Positions 1 to 12,526 are shown, numbered from the whole stretch's first letter. The stretch is DNA of 63,691 nucleotides, filler included, from Choristocarpus tenellus KU-1152 (GCA_964200185.2; 9 parts of 9 records of this genome joined end to end with filler, not necessarily neighbours in it), one strand, 5' to 3'. Translations and numbers: made by a program. The notes: a model not told the origin generated them from the sequence alone.

Positions 1-1007
1 AGCATTGAGGGGCGCCCGTAACAGTCCACCCAGACCATACACACAGGTTGACCCTGGCTCAGTCTTGTTGAAACTGTTAGTGGCCTTAGACTCGGGGATG
101 TTGTTGAAGCAGTTGACAGTCATAGACTGAGTCATATCCAAATATATTTGTACCACGCCACCGAACGGTCCAGCTGTATTGAAGTAGTTGACAGCCGAAG
201 ACACTGCAAGTGTTATTGGAACATTTCACCAATGGCTGACAGGGAAATAAACATTTAACGCATGGGCCAGTCACACCGTACAACTTCACACGGACTCGCT
301 CACTGTAAATAGTTCTAGTGAGGGAGTAAGTGAACATTAAAATGCTATTAAGCCTTATATATTATCTATTTGAAAAGCAGGAAATCTGAAAAATTGAAAT
401 TTGGTTCCTAGTTTCTTACTTAGATGCTGGTTTCTACCCAGAGTGTTTCCATATAATTTACTTTTGTGTATCTATGATTCTATATGCTCCCAGCATGTAC
501 TACTCAGAGTATATATCTTCTTCAGGCGTAATGATGCAATGGCATACATGCTTTGGGTTCTGGGTAGTTGAGGTAATCTGGCTATGCCCACATACCTCCC
601 ACTCATATCCCTTCCTCCTTTCCCCTCAGTCTGTGGACACCATAGAAATTCAAATAACACTCCCATAAGAGGATAAACATTGGGCGCAAACTATTGAGTT
701 GCAATCAGCAGCGGCTACGATTGATTGTGTCAAGCAGCGGTACTATTATTGGCAGAGGCAGTGATGACGGAAGTGGTAGCGATACTGGAATCACAGTCAT
801 GAATGAAGAGGGCGCCCACACAAGGTCATGATAGGTAGATAGCTCCATCTGTGGAGTCTTTTCGGCAGAGTCTGGCACATTGGCTGATACTATATGTTGG
901 CAGCTCTTCGTGCCTGTGATGTACTACTGGAAAGAGAAGGCAATGGCAAAGACAGGCAAGGAAGGTAAGGCCTTCCGACCAGGGCAACGTTACTTCTGAC
1001 TGCAATT

Positions 1008-1260
1008 GAGCCAAGCCAATTGAGAGGTGGCAGATTCGAACCCTTTTTGAATTTTAAGCCATCTTTCTTACCCTGCGCAATACGCTCTATATCATTGCTT
1101 TATATGCACAATAGTGCACACAAAATTGGTATCGCCTTTCCACACTTAATGTGATACCACATTTTAGCAAAGAAGGTTCTTCATTGAGTTGTACTAAAAT
1201 GGTACCTTTTCTTGGGATCCTTAAAATACCACCCTGCCTACCTCTCAGTTTGTTTGGCTC
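1008..1260. mobile_element. MITE family C copy (253 bp)
   Basis: Ends GAGCCAAGCCAATTGAGAGGTGGCAG ... CTGCCTACCTCTCAGTTTGTTTGGCTC form an imperfect TIR. Flanks are AATT/AAGT (4-bp TSD, 1 mismatch). The body aligns with 2758-3016, 53696-53971 and 58878-59135. Confidence 0.85.
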
Positions 1261-2725
1261 AAGTGCCAGGCTGTATCATGGCGTTAATGGTACAAGTTAT
1301 CCATCAGCGAGAGAGACTTCTCCAGTCTCGCCTTCACACTTGCTTGCTGCCTTGCAGCATGACATATACGCCATATTAAAGGTAAAGAGACTGATGTACT
1401 TACGCCTAAATATGCATCTTATCAAGGAGTTGGTTGAGTTTAACCAGGAGATGGAGACGTTGGTAATCAAAGTAGGGGGATTATCGTTTGAAAGTGTTTG
1501 CATACCAGAAATAAGTGATTGGCGAGGCAATTGTAGAATAACAAAGAATGTCTGCCAACAATGTGACAAACGTTTTAACTGGATAATCTATTGTTACACA
1601 TCATGCATTAAAAATATTCATATTTAAGTCCTAATATTTTGGAGGCTGACTTTGTATGTCATTTGGAACACATGAAGACACTCAATCATCAAAAGGGTAA
1701 AATAGTCCAAATTGTAAATACAAAAAAAAAAAACCCAAGTAACTTTCAACTTGCCCACACAATAATGCGTCCTGACTTTCTCAGTGCACGTACAAGTTAT
1801 TTCTACACATTTTTTTCAGGATTTGAAACAAAGAAAATCCAGTCATAGAGTGGTACAAACCTAATGCTTGGTAACTCAACATGATGACAACCTGCAGTAT
1901 GCGCAACAAGAAACTTCACCTTCGACATTTTGCACACATTTTTTGCATAGGCCAGGCAAGCAAAGTAGACAGGTCCGTTAGAGTCAGACAGGTAAAGGGA
2001 CAGACCTGTCTGGGCATGGATTGGACTGACTTAGCACATCAGAAAAACATAAGATCAGACTCCAAACATGGACTGAAATAATCCCTAGTAGTGTACATGG
2101 TCTGAAGAGGTTAGAAAGTGCCAGAGGACAGGGACTCACACAATCCCTAGCGGACATGATCCGAACAGGTATGAAATTATAATATCCAGTCTGGCTCGAG
2201 GACAAGGACTGATACATTTCGTAGTGGACATGGTCCAGGCATGTTGTTAGAGATTGTTAGACCCGGTCCGGCAGGCGGATATTGACCAGTGGTGTATTAC
2301 CTGGAGGAATGGACGGGGACATGTCAGAAATTATGAGAGCAGTCTGTCAGAGGAGGGGAACGTTAGCATTTGCCGACGTGGCGAAGGCCTCTGATAATAC
2401 TTCAAAAAAACAAATATCATTTCAGTTCAGAGAGTTTACATGCACGTACCAAATATGTATGATGGTGACAACATGGGATCCCAGTCCCCAACAACAAACG
2501 ACACCTTTCAATGGCAATATTCCATATTCCGAAAATTCCAGCAAGGAAACACTAATAATAAGGGCCTGTTCTAGTATATCAGCTTAAAGGTAACAAGAAG
2601 TAAGCGTCATTATCACCATCCTTTTTGGGATGTTGATCTTAGGTTATAAACCTAGGTTTCACAGGGTTTACTTCTTGACAAATCAAGGCACACAACATAA
2701 TAGTAGAAATAGTATTAATAATATT

Positions 2726-3326
2726 GAGACAAAGTAAGCGAGAGGTATCATGTTTTGGAGCCAAACCAATGTAGAGGTAGGCAGGTTTAGATCCTTCTGG
2801 ATTCCAAGCCATATTTCTTACTTTGTACAATACACTATTTCATTGGTTTACGTTCCGTACAGTGTACGCATAATTGTTATTCCTCCTTTCCACACACACG
2901 GTGACACCACAATTCAGCGAAGGCTGTTCTTTCTGCAATTGTACAAAAATGGCGACTTTTGCAATTCCTTGAGATCCTTAAATTGCAACCTTCCTACCTC
3001 TCAAATGGTTTGACTCTCGACCGTTTTGGCATTTTAAGTCACTTTTTTCAATCTTTTGCAATTAACTCTTATTCCTATTATGGATGAAGTACTCAGATTG
3101 ACATGAGAGTGTTGATTCCTTTATTGTTTCAAGTCCTTGGCCAAATTATTAGGAAAATTCTCTCTGCGCTTCTTTCTGTACCATCTAGAGTGGAGGTTTA
3201 TGCAGTAGTGAAGAATCGCAGAATACCGCCAACAGAAAAAGGTACAAACCCACAACCTGAATTTTGCACATTTATTTGTCACCATCCTCAAACTGCAACC
3301 CTGGGTATCTCTCGTCTACTTGATTC
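2726..3326. mobile_element. MITE family D copy interrupted by a family C copy
   Basis: Left end GAGACAAAGTAAGCGAGAGGTATC, right end GGGTATCTCTCGTCTACTTGATTC. The body after 3017 aligns with 33933-34172 and 59348-59604. Confidence 0.7.
2758..3016. mobile_element. MITE family C copy nested in family D
   Basis: GAGCCAAACCAATGTAGAGGTAGGCAGGTT ... AACCTTCCTACCTCTCAAATGGTTTGACTC TIR; homologous to 1008-1260. Confidence 0.85.
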
Positions 3327-4421
3327 GACAAGTATGCTAAAAAGACTGACGGCTTTTTCAGATTTGCTGCACTAGCCTATCTATAATGTAAACATCGACA
3401 TATTATCCATGATAAGCGAAATACACTTTATATCGTCAATAGAGCGAAGCAGCAGGAAATGTTTAGTGCGCTGCAATCCTCTTAAGTATATATATGATTG
3501 ACCATTCTTGTTGTTTTAACGTCACAAACCTCAAACTGCTGACTGTGTGGTGGGCACCAACAATATAATATCACTCTAGTAAAAAAAAAGGCTACATACA
3601 TTTGCGGCTTGGGACTGATGATAGGAGGGAAACTCGTTGATGATACTCCCAGCTCATCCCGTTTGAAATTATTTTGTTGAGTATAGGGCAGCACGGTTTG
3701 ACCAGACTCTTCCGGTATGCACCATGTGCCTACATAGATAACTCCATGACATGTGCATAACATTAGGCACATGTAATAATCTTCCTTACCATATGTGCCC
3801 ATCTTCGTGACAGAATAAAGACAACTAGCCTTGCATAGCCCAACACTTCACGACAAGCCACAGCAAACAGTGTATTCGTATGCTCATCTATACCCCAAGA
3901 GGAAAATAGCAACCTGTCCATGAGCTCTTGGCACCTCACACACGTCAGACAGCAATATTCCCTCACCCCTTCCCCCTCATATGTCAAGGGGGTAGCCAGG
4001 GTCGCTGCATACTACAAGCGTATGTATTTCATACTGGAGCAATACTAATTTGGAGTGTGTCCAATCTTCAGCCCATTCATCGTATCACACTATCTGTTAT
4101 ACTCCAAGTACTCCTCACTACAACACAGTGTCATGTCCAAAAGCACCATCTCCACATCCAGCAACATTGAACACTCACTGACACTTCCGTGAAAGTAACA
4201 TTCATTATGTTGAACCAATTGTATGTAACAGCAGGAGGATAGATAGTAATGACATTTTCAAATCTGAAGTCACAGTCTACTCCTATCCCACCCAAACCTG
4301 CTGTCCCACACTAATGAATAACCCTCCCATCCACAAAAATCCCCACCCCCCCCAAAGCTAATCTACCTTGTTATCACGGGATATTAAACATCCTCGCCTG
4401 GGCTAAAGCTTTGCTTATACA

Positions 4422-4640
4422 CTAGTCAGAATCACTTGAATCTGATGAGCTCCCACTTGATGAGCTTCCACTCGAGGAAGAGGATGAGGATGAGGAGGAG
4501 GATGAGGACGAGGACCGGGAAGAGGAGGAAGTGGAGGATGAGGATGAGGATGAAGAAGATGAACTGGAAGAAGATGAGCTGGAGCTTGAAGAAGAGTCGG
4601 AAGACGAGTCAGCATTGCCCTCCTCCTCTGCCGCAGCCAT
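4422..4640 (-). CDS. Probable terminal exon encoding a Ser-rich low-complexity C-terminus (MAAAEEEGNADSSSD...SDSSDSD*); gene 5' part not resolved
   Basis: A CAG acceptor sits directly before ATG GCT GCG and the frame ends in a stop. Mixed Ser codons (TCC/TCA/TCT/AGC/TCG) argue for coding rather than a pure microsatellite. No upstream exon could be joined. Confidence 0.4.
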   Translation of the reverse strand: MAAAEEEGNADSSSDSSSSSSSSSSSSSSSSSSSSSTSSSSRSSSSSSSSSSSSSSSGSSSSGSSSDSSDSD

Positions 4641-4947
4641 CTGCATGGTTGTCCATCCAAGAGAGGGATGTGAGGTGGATCAGTGGTACAAAAAATAATA
4701 TTATTGACTGTTACCAATGCATGAATACAATATTAGTCACGGCGTAGGCAGCCTGCATGTCACTCATTCCCAAGAATAGTTCTGCCCGAGCACTGATCAC
4801 CAAAATCGAATCTAAGATTCAAACTGCACAGATCATGAACAGTGCAGATACCTGGAAACAGGACAGGGTATGACATCTAAATGAAAACAACCCCACTCCC
4901 ACCACCACAACACAACAGCAAAAACCAACACCACCCCCCACACCTAA

Positions 4948-5047
4948 NNNNNNNNNNNNNNNNNNNNNNNNNNNNNNNNNNNNNNNNNNNNTTAATTAAT
5001 TAANNNNNNNNNNNNNNNNNNNNNNNNNNNNNNNNNNNNNNNNNNNN
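4948..5047. other. Artificial contig spacer (44N-TTAATTAATTAA-44N)
   Basis: Identical 100-bp structure at 8 sites; the 12-mer gives stops in all six frames. Confidence 0.98.
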
Positions 5048-6017
5048 TCGTTGGATTTGAGTTGTACATCCTGGAAGGTGAGCATTGAGGGGCGCCTGTA
5101 ACACGTTGAAATATAAGAAGAAATACTCGCTCTATTCGCCTGTAACACATATGTCTAGATTGGAAGGAATACCATCTTCGTATCTACACAATACACCATT
5201 AAACAAATATTCAACACAAGTAATACTGAGTACTATTGTAGTTGTTTTTAGTAACTTTTTTTTCTTGTTTCCAAATAGTCGACATACAACTCTTGTTTTT
5301 GCAGCTCGTGGAACTGTGACCGACAGGTCCCTTTGGAAGGATTGGCCCCTGTCTCAAGACAGAACTCTCGTTTATTTTGTTGTACTATGTACCTACCAGG
5401 TCTTTTTTTCCCCAAAAATTTAATTCCTGTTAAGCGTTTTGCTTTTTTAAACTTTCTGTTTCTTCTTTTTCCTACTTGACAACCTCTATAACTTATTAGT
5501 GGGGGACAATATTATGTAATATATTTGATAGGTAAACACGACTTGCTACGACGTATTGACATCTGTATGTACAATACGACTTGATCCCTCCAATACTTTG
5601 CCAAATTCATGTTCAGCAGTAAGTAGTGTACACATCGTCACATTTGTTCTAAAAACAGGCCTTTCGACCTTGTTAGCAAGCACGACAACCTGTCACACTC
5701 TCTAAAATGGTAGCGTTTTTATAATACCGATTCCGTTTGAGACAAATTGTTACGACTACTCACTGAAAACATGTTCTGAATGGAGTAAACTCTGCTCCCG
5801 TTCAATCCCACCCCCTCAAAAAGGGCGTTTCACTCCACTATGCAGACTGATTTTGAACGAATATATATATATATATATATACCGAACAATCTAAGGATAC
5901 TAGATATTTCTACATATAGTTAATAATATTAATACTATCACTCTGGAGTACATAGATTGTATAATAACAACACTCATATAATACTCCTAGAAGGGTCGGG
6001 ATATAGTCTCCAGACTA

Positions 6018-6195
6018 AGAATTCTTCGAAAGCATATTTTAGAGGCGTATTTAGCAACAATGACAGATGTTCACTCTCGTAACAAAAAAAGCAATGGTTT
6101 CATCCCTCCTTGAATTAGGTAACTCTTTTTTGAGTGAGTAAACACACCTGTCACTGGTGCTAATCACGCCTCTAAAATATGCTTTCAAGAATTCT
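6018..6195. mobile_element. Hairpin (foldback) MITE-like element E
   Basis: Arm AGAATTCTTCGAAAGCATATTTTAGAGGCGTATTTAGCAACAATGACAG pairs with CTGTCACTGGTGCTAATCACGCCTCTAAAATATGCTTTCAAGAATTCT; about 70-bp arms and a short loop. Confidence 0.7.
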
Positions 6196-6258
6196 CACTA
6201 AACATAACCACCTCTCACACTCACGAAATTATAGTGTTACATTGGAGTGCTCAGAGTT

Positions 6259-7602
6259 TTTGTTACAGGTGATACGTGTTAGTAACGGTTTCATAAACGC
6301 CATTATGACCTTGAAGTCATAGATTTTACAGATTTATACCTCTTTACTATTTACTTATTATTTAGTCATTATGAGGCCACACACTTAGAATAAGTGTTTG
6401 TTCAGTCCTATTTCTATACCCCAATGATATCCATAGAGTGAATAATCGAATAGAGAGATCCAGCATATTTGACGACATTTTCCTTTATGGTGCATTCTAC
6501 GAGCTTCATCATCCACTTACAGCCTTGTGGATTGTAGCTACATATCCCATCACGGTAAGGTTGCAGAGCGTTTTGTAACATGGAGGCCCTATCTTGTCTC
6601 TTCAAACCGGAGAGAAAACTTAGCTTACCGCATGGGACTGTTGTCACCTCCATGGAATATTATGGACTCATCTCTCCATCTGCACCTCTCTTCAATTGGG
6701 GGGAAAGGGTCGACATCGTCGCGTCTGTGACCCACCCTCAGTGAGGATTGGAGCTTGTGATCATGAGTGAGGACATTCACTCATATTCACATCAATGGTC
6801 AGTGTTTGAGTGCATGGCTTCAGGGTCTCTCTTTACGGGCCTGATGCTAGCCAAGAGTGTGATCCGCCTTACTGTGTCCACTGGGTCACACAAATGATCT
6901 GTGCCTCAGACCATAATCTCGAGACCTCGAGATTATGCATGGGGGTGGTGGCAGAAACACTGTTGTGTGTTCCGCATGCCTTGATTTCCTGTAGAGTAGG
7001 TTCCGCCTTATTCACATACTCACTCTTGGCATCCACTGGTGCTCTCACTGCTTGTTTGTATTCGTTGTGCTACAGCCATCGCTTTAAGGTACAGAAATAT
7101 CCAGCAGTTCGATCAGTCCCAGTTCAATCGCAGGTGGCCAAGGGAACACAAGGTGTGCTTTGTCTGTGACCCACAGGTACCCGTGTCAAGAAATCATGAA
7201 AGAGGAAACGACACATGGTACTAAGGACACGTTTTTAATTTAAAGTCACCACATTGGAGGGTACATCTTGTAAGATGGAGGTCCTACCCACAAACGCTCC
7301 ACAAGCTTACCATAATGGGATGTGTAGGTCCAATCCACAAGGCTGTATGTGGATGATGAAGCTCGTGGAATGCACCATAAAGGAAATGTCGTCAAATATG
7401 CTGGACCTCTCACTTCGATTATTCACTTTATGGGTACCATTGGGATTAAAAAATAGGACCAAACAACCGCTCATTCTAACTCTGTGGTCCCGTAATGACT
7501 AATTAATAAATAAAGTGTCAAGAGGTACAAATAAAATCTATGACTTCAAGATCATGATGGCGTTTATGAAACTACAACTAAGAACATATCACCTGTAACA
7601 AA
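6259..7602. mobile_element. Non-autonomous element F with ~330-bp inverted terminal repeats
   Basis: 6259-~6595 is the reverse complement of ~7265-7602 (TTTGTTACAGGTGATA ... TATCACCTGTAACAAA). The two ORF-track peptides sharing NPQGCxWMMKLVECTIKE on opposite strands confirm the inversion. No transposase is seen inside. A third end fragment lies at 30311-30428. Confidence 0.8.
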
Positions 7603-8134
7603 TTAGCGCCCAGTTCTTACGCCTATATACTAATTTCGTATTCTGAAAGGGTGTGAAATATGTAGTGTCTCTCTTCGGTTACAATGCAACTAATCGTACT
7701 GCATCCTTTCCTGGCTTGCTTCTCATGCATTGGGTTTGCAGCACTCGCACTACTCATCCCTCCATCTCCCGTCTCGTCCCTCCATTCTCCTCCTGAATCC
7801 CATCCAAAATTTCCACCTCGATCTTGGTCCGCAATTTTGCGGTAAATTTACAAACATGATGCTGTTGTTGTACAAGAGGTTTATAATTGGTTGTATTTGC
7901 CATGTGAACAGGATAATGGAATCAGGTTTCTGTGAAAAAAAGGTGGCGTCGAAAGGGTTCGAACGTTGAACCATTGAGCTTGGCTGATGTTAATTGTGAT
8001 ACGTGATATATTTTGAATGGATTCAATAACAATAATGAGAAATATAATGATTCCTCTTTTCACCTCAACATCAAAGTTTAAAAGTGACATAGAGACGTTC
8101 GTTTACAATACATGCCAACATAACATAACATCAG

Positions 8135-10372
8135 ATGATGTGGGCAAAGAGAGGGATTGTGGTTGCTAGATTATTTAGTGGACATGCTCGCCTCTACGTT
8201 GGTGGTAGGCCGTCCTCCTCTCTTGCTCTCTGTGGTGTAAGTGCCAAGAGGAATTACGTTCCTGTTGTTGTCGGAGTTGGGGTTGCACTGGCTCTAGGAG
8301 TGCAGGGAAGGACTACCTGCGCAGCCCAGGAAAGACAAGGAGTCCAAGTGGACGGTCTGACGGAAGATTTGATATCAATCGTGGGCGAGGATAATGTCAT
8401 GACAGATCAGCCTAGGTCAGTGTATTCTTCTGAGTTTTCAACTGCGTGAATGATCAGTCATTAACAGAAACACTGACTGTCAACCTACATACTGACACGG
8501 TCTGGTCGGCAGTTGCGAAGAACACGGCACCCCGTACAACTCGTACCATGAACTGGACCGCCATCCCGATGTAGTGGTGAACCCACGCACCACCGAAGAG
8601 GTAAGCGGCATGTCAGATTTGTCCAACTGCTGTGAAACAAGCATCATATGTTCAGTTGCCGCCCAAGACCTGTGGCAGTACTATACTAACTCTCACCTTT
8701 TATTTTACAAAGCGTTTGTCAAGCTTATTTTCGGCCCAGGGATTCTGTAGACATACAGTAATTTTCAGCATGCACGCTGACTCGGCCTGTGACACTCTCA
8801 ACCGTCCACCCTTTTCAATGTTGAAAGCTTCATGTTTTGTACAGACCTAAGGCCATTCTGACGGATTAATAGGTCCTGGAGCTGGTGAAGGTAATATATG
8901 TTCGCCATACGCTTCTATTCGTTAATCCAACACCGATTACCGTCCCCTGGCCCATTCTGCGGTAGGTGGTGGAGATCGTGAAGGCTTGTGCCCGCCACGG
9001 TTCACCCATAATTCCATACGGTGGTGCCACCTCCATCGAGGTGTGAACTATAGTCTACTGTTCATAATTTAGTGCTTGCGCCTTATAGAAGAGGTAAACA
9101 TACTTTATGGGTTTGAGTTTTTGAGGAATTATCGTAGCAGTTATGTAGTGTTGAAGACCTTTTTAGGAAGTGCAGGGTGCATAGTTCGAGGAATCCTAGG
9201 GATAGGACTGCGAATGGTTGTTGATGCAATGCTGAATGACTTCTGGAAATGACCATGTCTGTGGCATGTGTTTCAGGGCCATCTCCTTGCTCCGGATGGT
9301 GGCTGCAGTATCGACTTTTGCAAGATGAATAAAGTGCTAAGGCTCAGCAAGGCAGACCATGATGTCACTGTGCAGCCTGGATTGGGTGAGTTTTTTTCAG
9401 CGCACATTCTATGAACCAACTGCTTGTGCTTGTGCTATGGTGTACAGGTTGTAAGGTATCAATGGCGAATTAGCATCAACAGTAATATGTGAGGTTTCAC
9501 GAGGAATATTGTTTTTCGATGGAGATCGCGTGGAATATCAGTAAGAAAAAGTCTTCATATTGCGTAGCATTTTTTTGCAAGTTTTGACAGTTGCAAGACC
9601 CTACAAAATCCTCCGCCATGATGCTGTAACTCAAGTATGCTATACAGCATCTCCACGTCATTATGTACTTGACATGTTTTTCTACATGGTTTGCCTGAAC
9701 GTTAGCATTGATCCCTCTCTTTTGCATACATGCTAGTGTTTGAATAATCTAAAGACTTGTGTCTGTGAACAAATACCTATGCACCCAAGGGTCAGTGATA
9801 CAGCTTGACCTATCAATGGTGACCTGAGTGACATGGGCCAATAATTCTTTGATCATCAGTTTTCGATGTTGTTCAATGGTTGTGGTGAACATTGGATACA
9901 CCCTCCGGCTACCTACAGGGTACGTATAACTCTTGTGGGTGATGACATCATTATGACATATTTTGTACACCTTACTACCCCCCCCCCCCAGTGCTCTGTT
10001 TCACTCACAATAGTTGTGCGTTTTATCACACCGTCCCACCATTTTTTGAGTTTGTCACTATTATTGTATGCCACAACTCTGGAGCATAAAGTTAAGAAGG
10101 ATGCAAGAGATGACTTGGTCCCTACTCCAGTTCCACCTACTTGGGCTGCCTATCTAACTGATTTATCGACCAATTGGCTGCTAATTATAACAGGGGGGGA
10201 TATTGCTCACATTGTTTGATTGATCCTTCTCCCCCCTCTCCTCCATTGCAGGTTACTTGGAGCTGAATGATATGCTGAAGGAACATGGGCTGTGGTTTCC
10301 TCTGGACCCTGGTCCAGGAGCATCGCTGGGTGGCATGTGTGCCTGCCGTTGCTCTGGTTCAACTGCTGTGAG
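8135..10372 (+). CDS. LDHD: D-lactate dehydrogenase [cytochrome], mitochondrial FAD-linked oxidase; 5' partial (5 exons, rest lost at contig end)
   Basis: Exons 8135-8415, 8513-8600, 8966-9040, 9277-9385 and 10252-10372 have GT-AG introns with matching phases. They translate to ...HPDVVVNPRTTEEVVEIVKACARHGSPIIPYGGATSIEGHLLAP..SIDFCKMNKV..DHDVTVQPGLGYLELNDMLKEHGLWFPLDPGPGASLGGMCACRCSGSTAVR, typical of the DLD1/LDHD FAD_binding_4 domain. The Arg/Ser-rich N-terminus resembles a mitochondrial presequence. Confidence 0.93.
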
Positions 10373-10915
10373 GTGGGTTTTATTTCCAGGCGTTGGTGTA
10401 CGTGCTGCCTGTGGAGTTTGGGATGGTAGGAGGGGAGGATGGTTCTGCTGTATGTGAGCATGCCCGACTGTTGAGGAGGCGTGTGTGAGGGTGATATGTG
10501 TGCGTGCTTTGTACACGTGTTTAGTTGGGCAGTGTGCTTACAAGCTTGTCTGCTTTTGCCTTCTGGATAACTGCCCCTGTGTTCACTGTGAGGAAGGTGC
10601 CTCGAAAAGACTTGGGATTTTTCTTTGTCCAAATGCCTCCTCCAGATCGTAGAAACCTTCTCTCTAGGATGCTTGTTTTCTAGGGCCAAGAGAACAAGAG
10701 TGAAAAGATGGATCGAGTCATTGCTAGAGTATTAAGGCACTTCATGGTCCAGGTTGTTGTGGAAAGCGCCTCGCTGTTTCCATTCTTCTGTGATATGTTG
10801 CTTTTCAAGCACTTAATATGTAGGACTATGTAGTCCGTTGTACTTGAGTATGTTGTACTCCTTGCCTTTTATTTTGCGCCAGAAATTGATGACGCAACAA
10901 ATCATCTATGCCGAA

Positions 10916-11148
10916 GGATCAAGTATCTGGGGGGAGGGGGGTGCAGACGTCTGTTTTTGACCCTGGCTCAAAGTACCTGGGGGTGGTGGTGGCTGTCCAT
11001 TTGGGGCTAAATTTTTCATGTTGCGATTTTTGGGTGTTTTGATTCCATACGTTGGATGGATAATGAAAGTGCACTTTTCCTGGTGTTGGTCCAAATGGAC
11101 ACTTTGGTGAAGACCCCCCCACCCCCCCTCCCCCCCCCCCCTACGTCC
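10916..11148. mobile_element. MITE family A copy (10965-~11141) preceded by a ~48-bp mini A2 derivative (10916-10963)
   Basis: GGCTCAAAGTACCTGGGG...GGCTGTCCATTTGGGG...GCACTTTTCCTG...CCAAATGGACAC matches 15341-15506 and 41368-41547; truncated at the contig end. Confidence 0.85.
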
Positions 11149-11248
11149 NNNNNNNNNNNNNNNNNNNNNNNNNNNNNNNNNNNNNNNNNNNNTTAATTAA
11201 TTAANNNNNNNNNNNNNNNNNNNNNNNNNNNNNNNNNNNNNNNNNNNN
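11149..11248. other. Artificial contig spacer
   Basis: 44N-TTAATTAATTAA-44N. Confidence 0.98.
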
Positions 11249-12107
11249 CAACTTAGCACTTGTAACTAAGGGATTTGGTGTCAACCAAATCAGTGCCGCT
11301 TCACCTTGATCAGGGGTGAGATAATCAAACATATCTGGGCACATGGAACGATCACGATTTCGCTGTATCAGATACGACCACGTCTGGTCAAATCTTCAAC
11401 AAGAAAAAGAAAAGGGCATAGGCAACGGCTAGCCCTGAAATTCTGTTAACTCCGGGAAGGAGATACAGATAGAAAAACATGAACCATCATCTCAAAATGA
11501 GGAAAATAAGAAAATGGAAGACTCCCAATGGGAGCGCAGAAATCGTGATCAAATTACAGCTGTATCGCTGCAGCTCCAATCAGTATATATTTGCGTATAT
11601 AAAAGTCAACAGCATATCACATGGATGTTCGAATCAATTAGAAAGAAAATGAAAGGAAAAAGAAAAGAAAAATATTTTTAAAAAGAAAAGAAAAGGAAAA
11701 GAAAAGAAACTCAATTGTGAACCGTGGATAAACACGAGGATGGGTTGGCCATACACCATCACTGAAATAACTGTTCATCAAAACAGTTGACCTCCTGAAA
11801 AATAAAAGAAATGAAAAGAAAAATGAAATAAAACAAGTGTGCAAGAGTCATTAGTAAATAAATGAACTTGGGTCTCCGCTGTTTATACATGGGTGCACAT
11901 GTACAAAAAAAATCAACTTGTCCAAAGTTGATATGGCCAAATAGACATCCATGTGACATATATATCAAAAGATATATATATGTAACAACACTACCACAGC
12001 TCTCACATATACATCTAATGTAATGATGGGAAGCACAGGAAGTAGTGAAGTAACATCTGCAAAATGTCAGAGGGCACAATATAAAAATATATAGTAGTGA
12101 AGTAACT

Positions 12108-12257
12108 GATTAGTGTTTTTCACACTTACAGTTTTATAGTGTTTCTCACATTTATGATATTATATTTCTTTAGGGCTTATGCTAACACATATTGTATAGT
12201 TTTCATTTGTTTCCTCCTGACACATTTGCAAAATGTAAGAGGGCATAATAATATATG
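12108..12257. repeat. Dispersed AT-rich repeat H; inverted partner at 14414-14564
   Basis: ATTAGTGTTTTTCACACTTACAG...TTTAGGGCTTAT...GCAAAATGTAAGAGGGCATAATAATATA is the reverse complement of 14414-14564. Partial copies occur at 12052-12082, ~15950-16005 and ~31600-31680. Confidence 0.7.
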
Positions 12258-12372
12258 ATACTAATGTACATGTATAATACTAGCATGTACGTATTTTCTT
12301 ATCATATCCAGAAGAGTTTCAGATTTTGAACTAGAGTACAATTGAATGATAGATAATGAGATTCTTCCCTTA

Positions 12373-12526
12373 AACAGCCGATTTCAAGAATTGAGGATGG
12401 AGCTTTTCATTGAGGATGGATTTAATTAATAAAAAAAAATACATATCGAGACTTTATCCCAGTCAATTTTGGGTCAAGCCCATCCTCAATGAAAAGCTCC
12501 ATCCTCAATTCTTGAAATCGGCTGTT
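12373..12526. mobile_element. Palindromic MITE G with perfect 47-bp TIRs
   Basis: AACAGCCGATTTCAAGAATTGAGGATGGAGCTTTTCATTGAGGATGG and its exact reverse complement; TTAA lies adjacent to both ends. Partial copies occur at 19339-19420 and 52891-52920. Confidence 0.85.

Noticed and set aside
3800-4200. Faint resemblance to Copia RT/RNase H (KQCIRMLIYT, TGAILIWS, KHHLHIQQH)
   Set aside because: Too degenerate, and no catalytic motif is intact.
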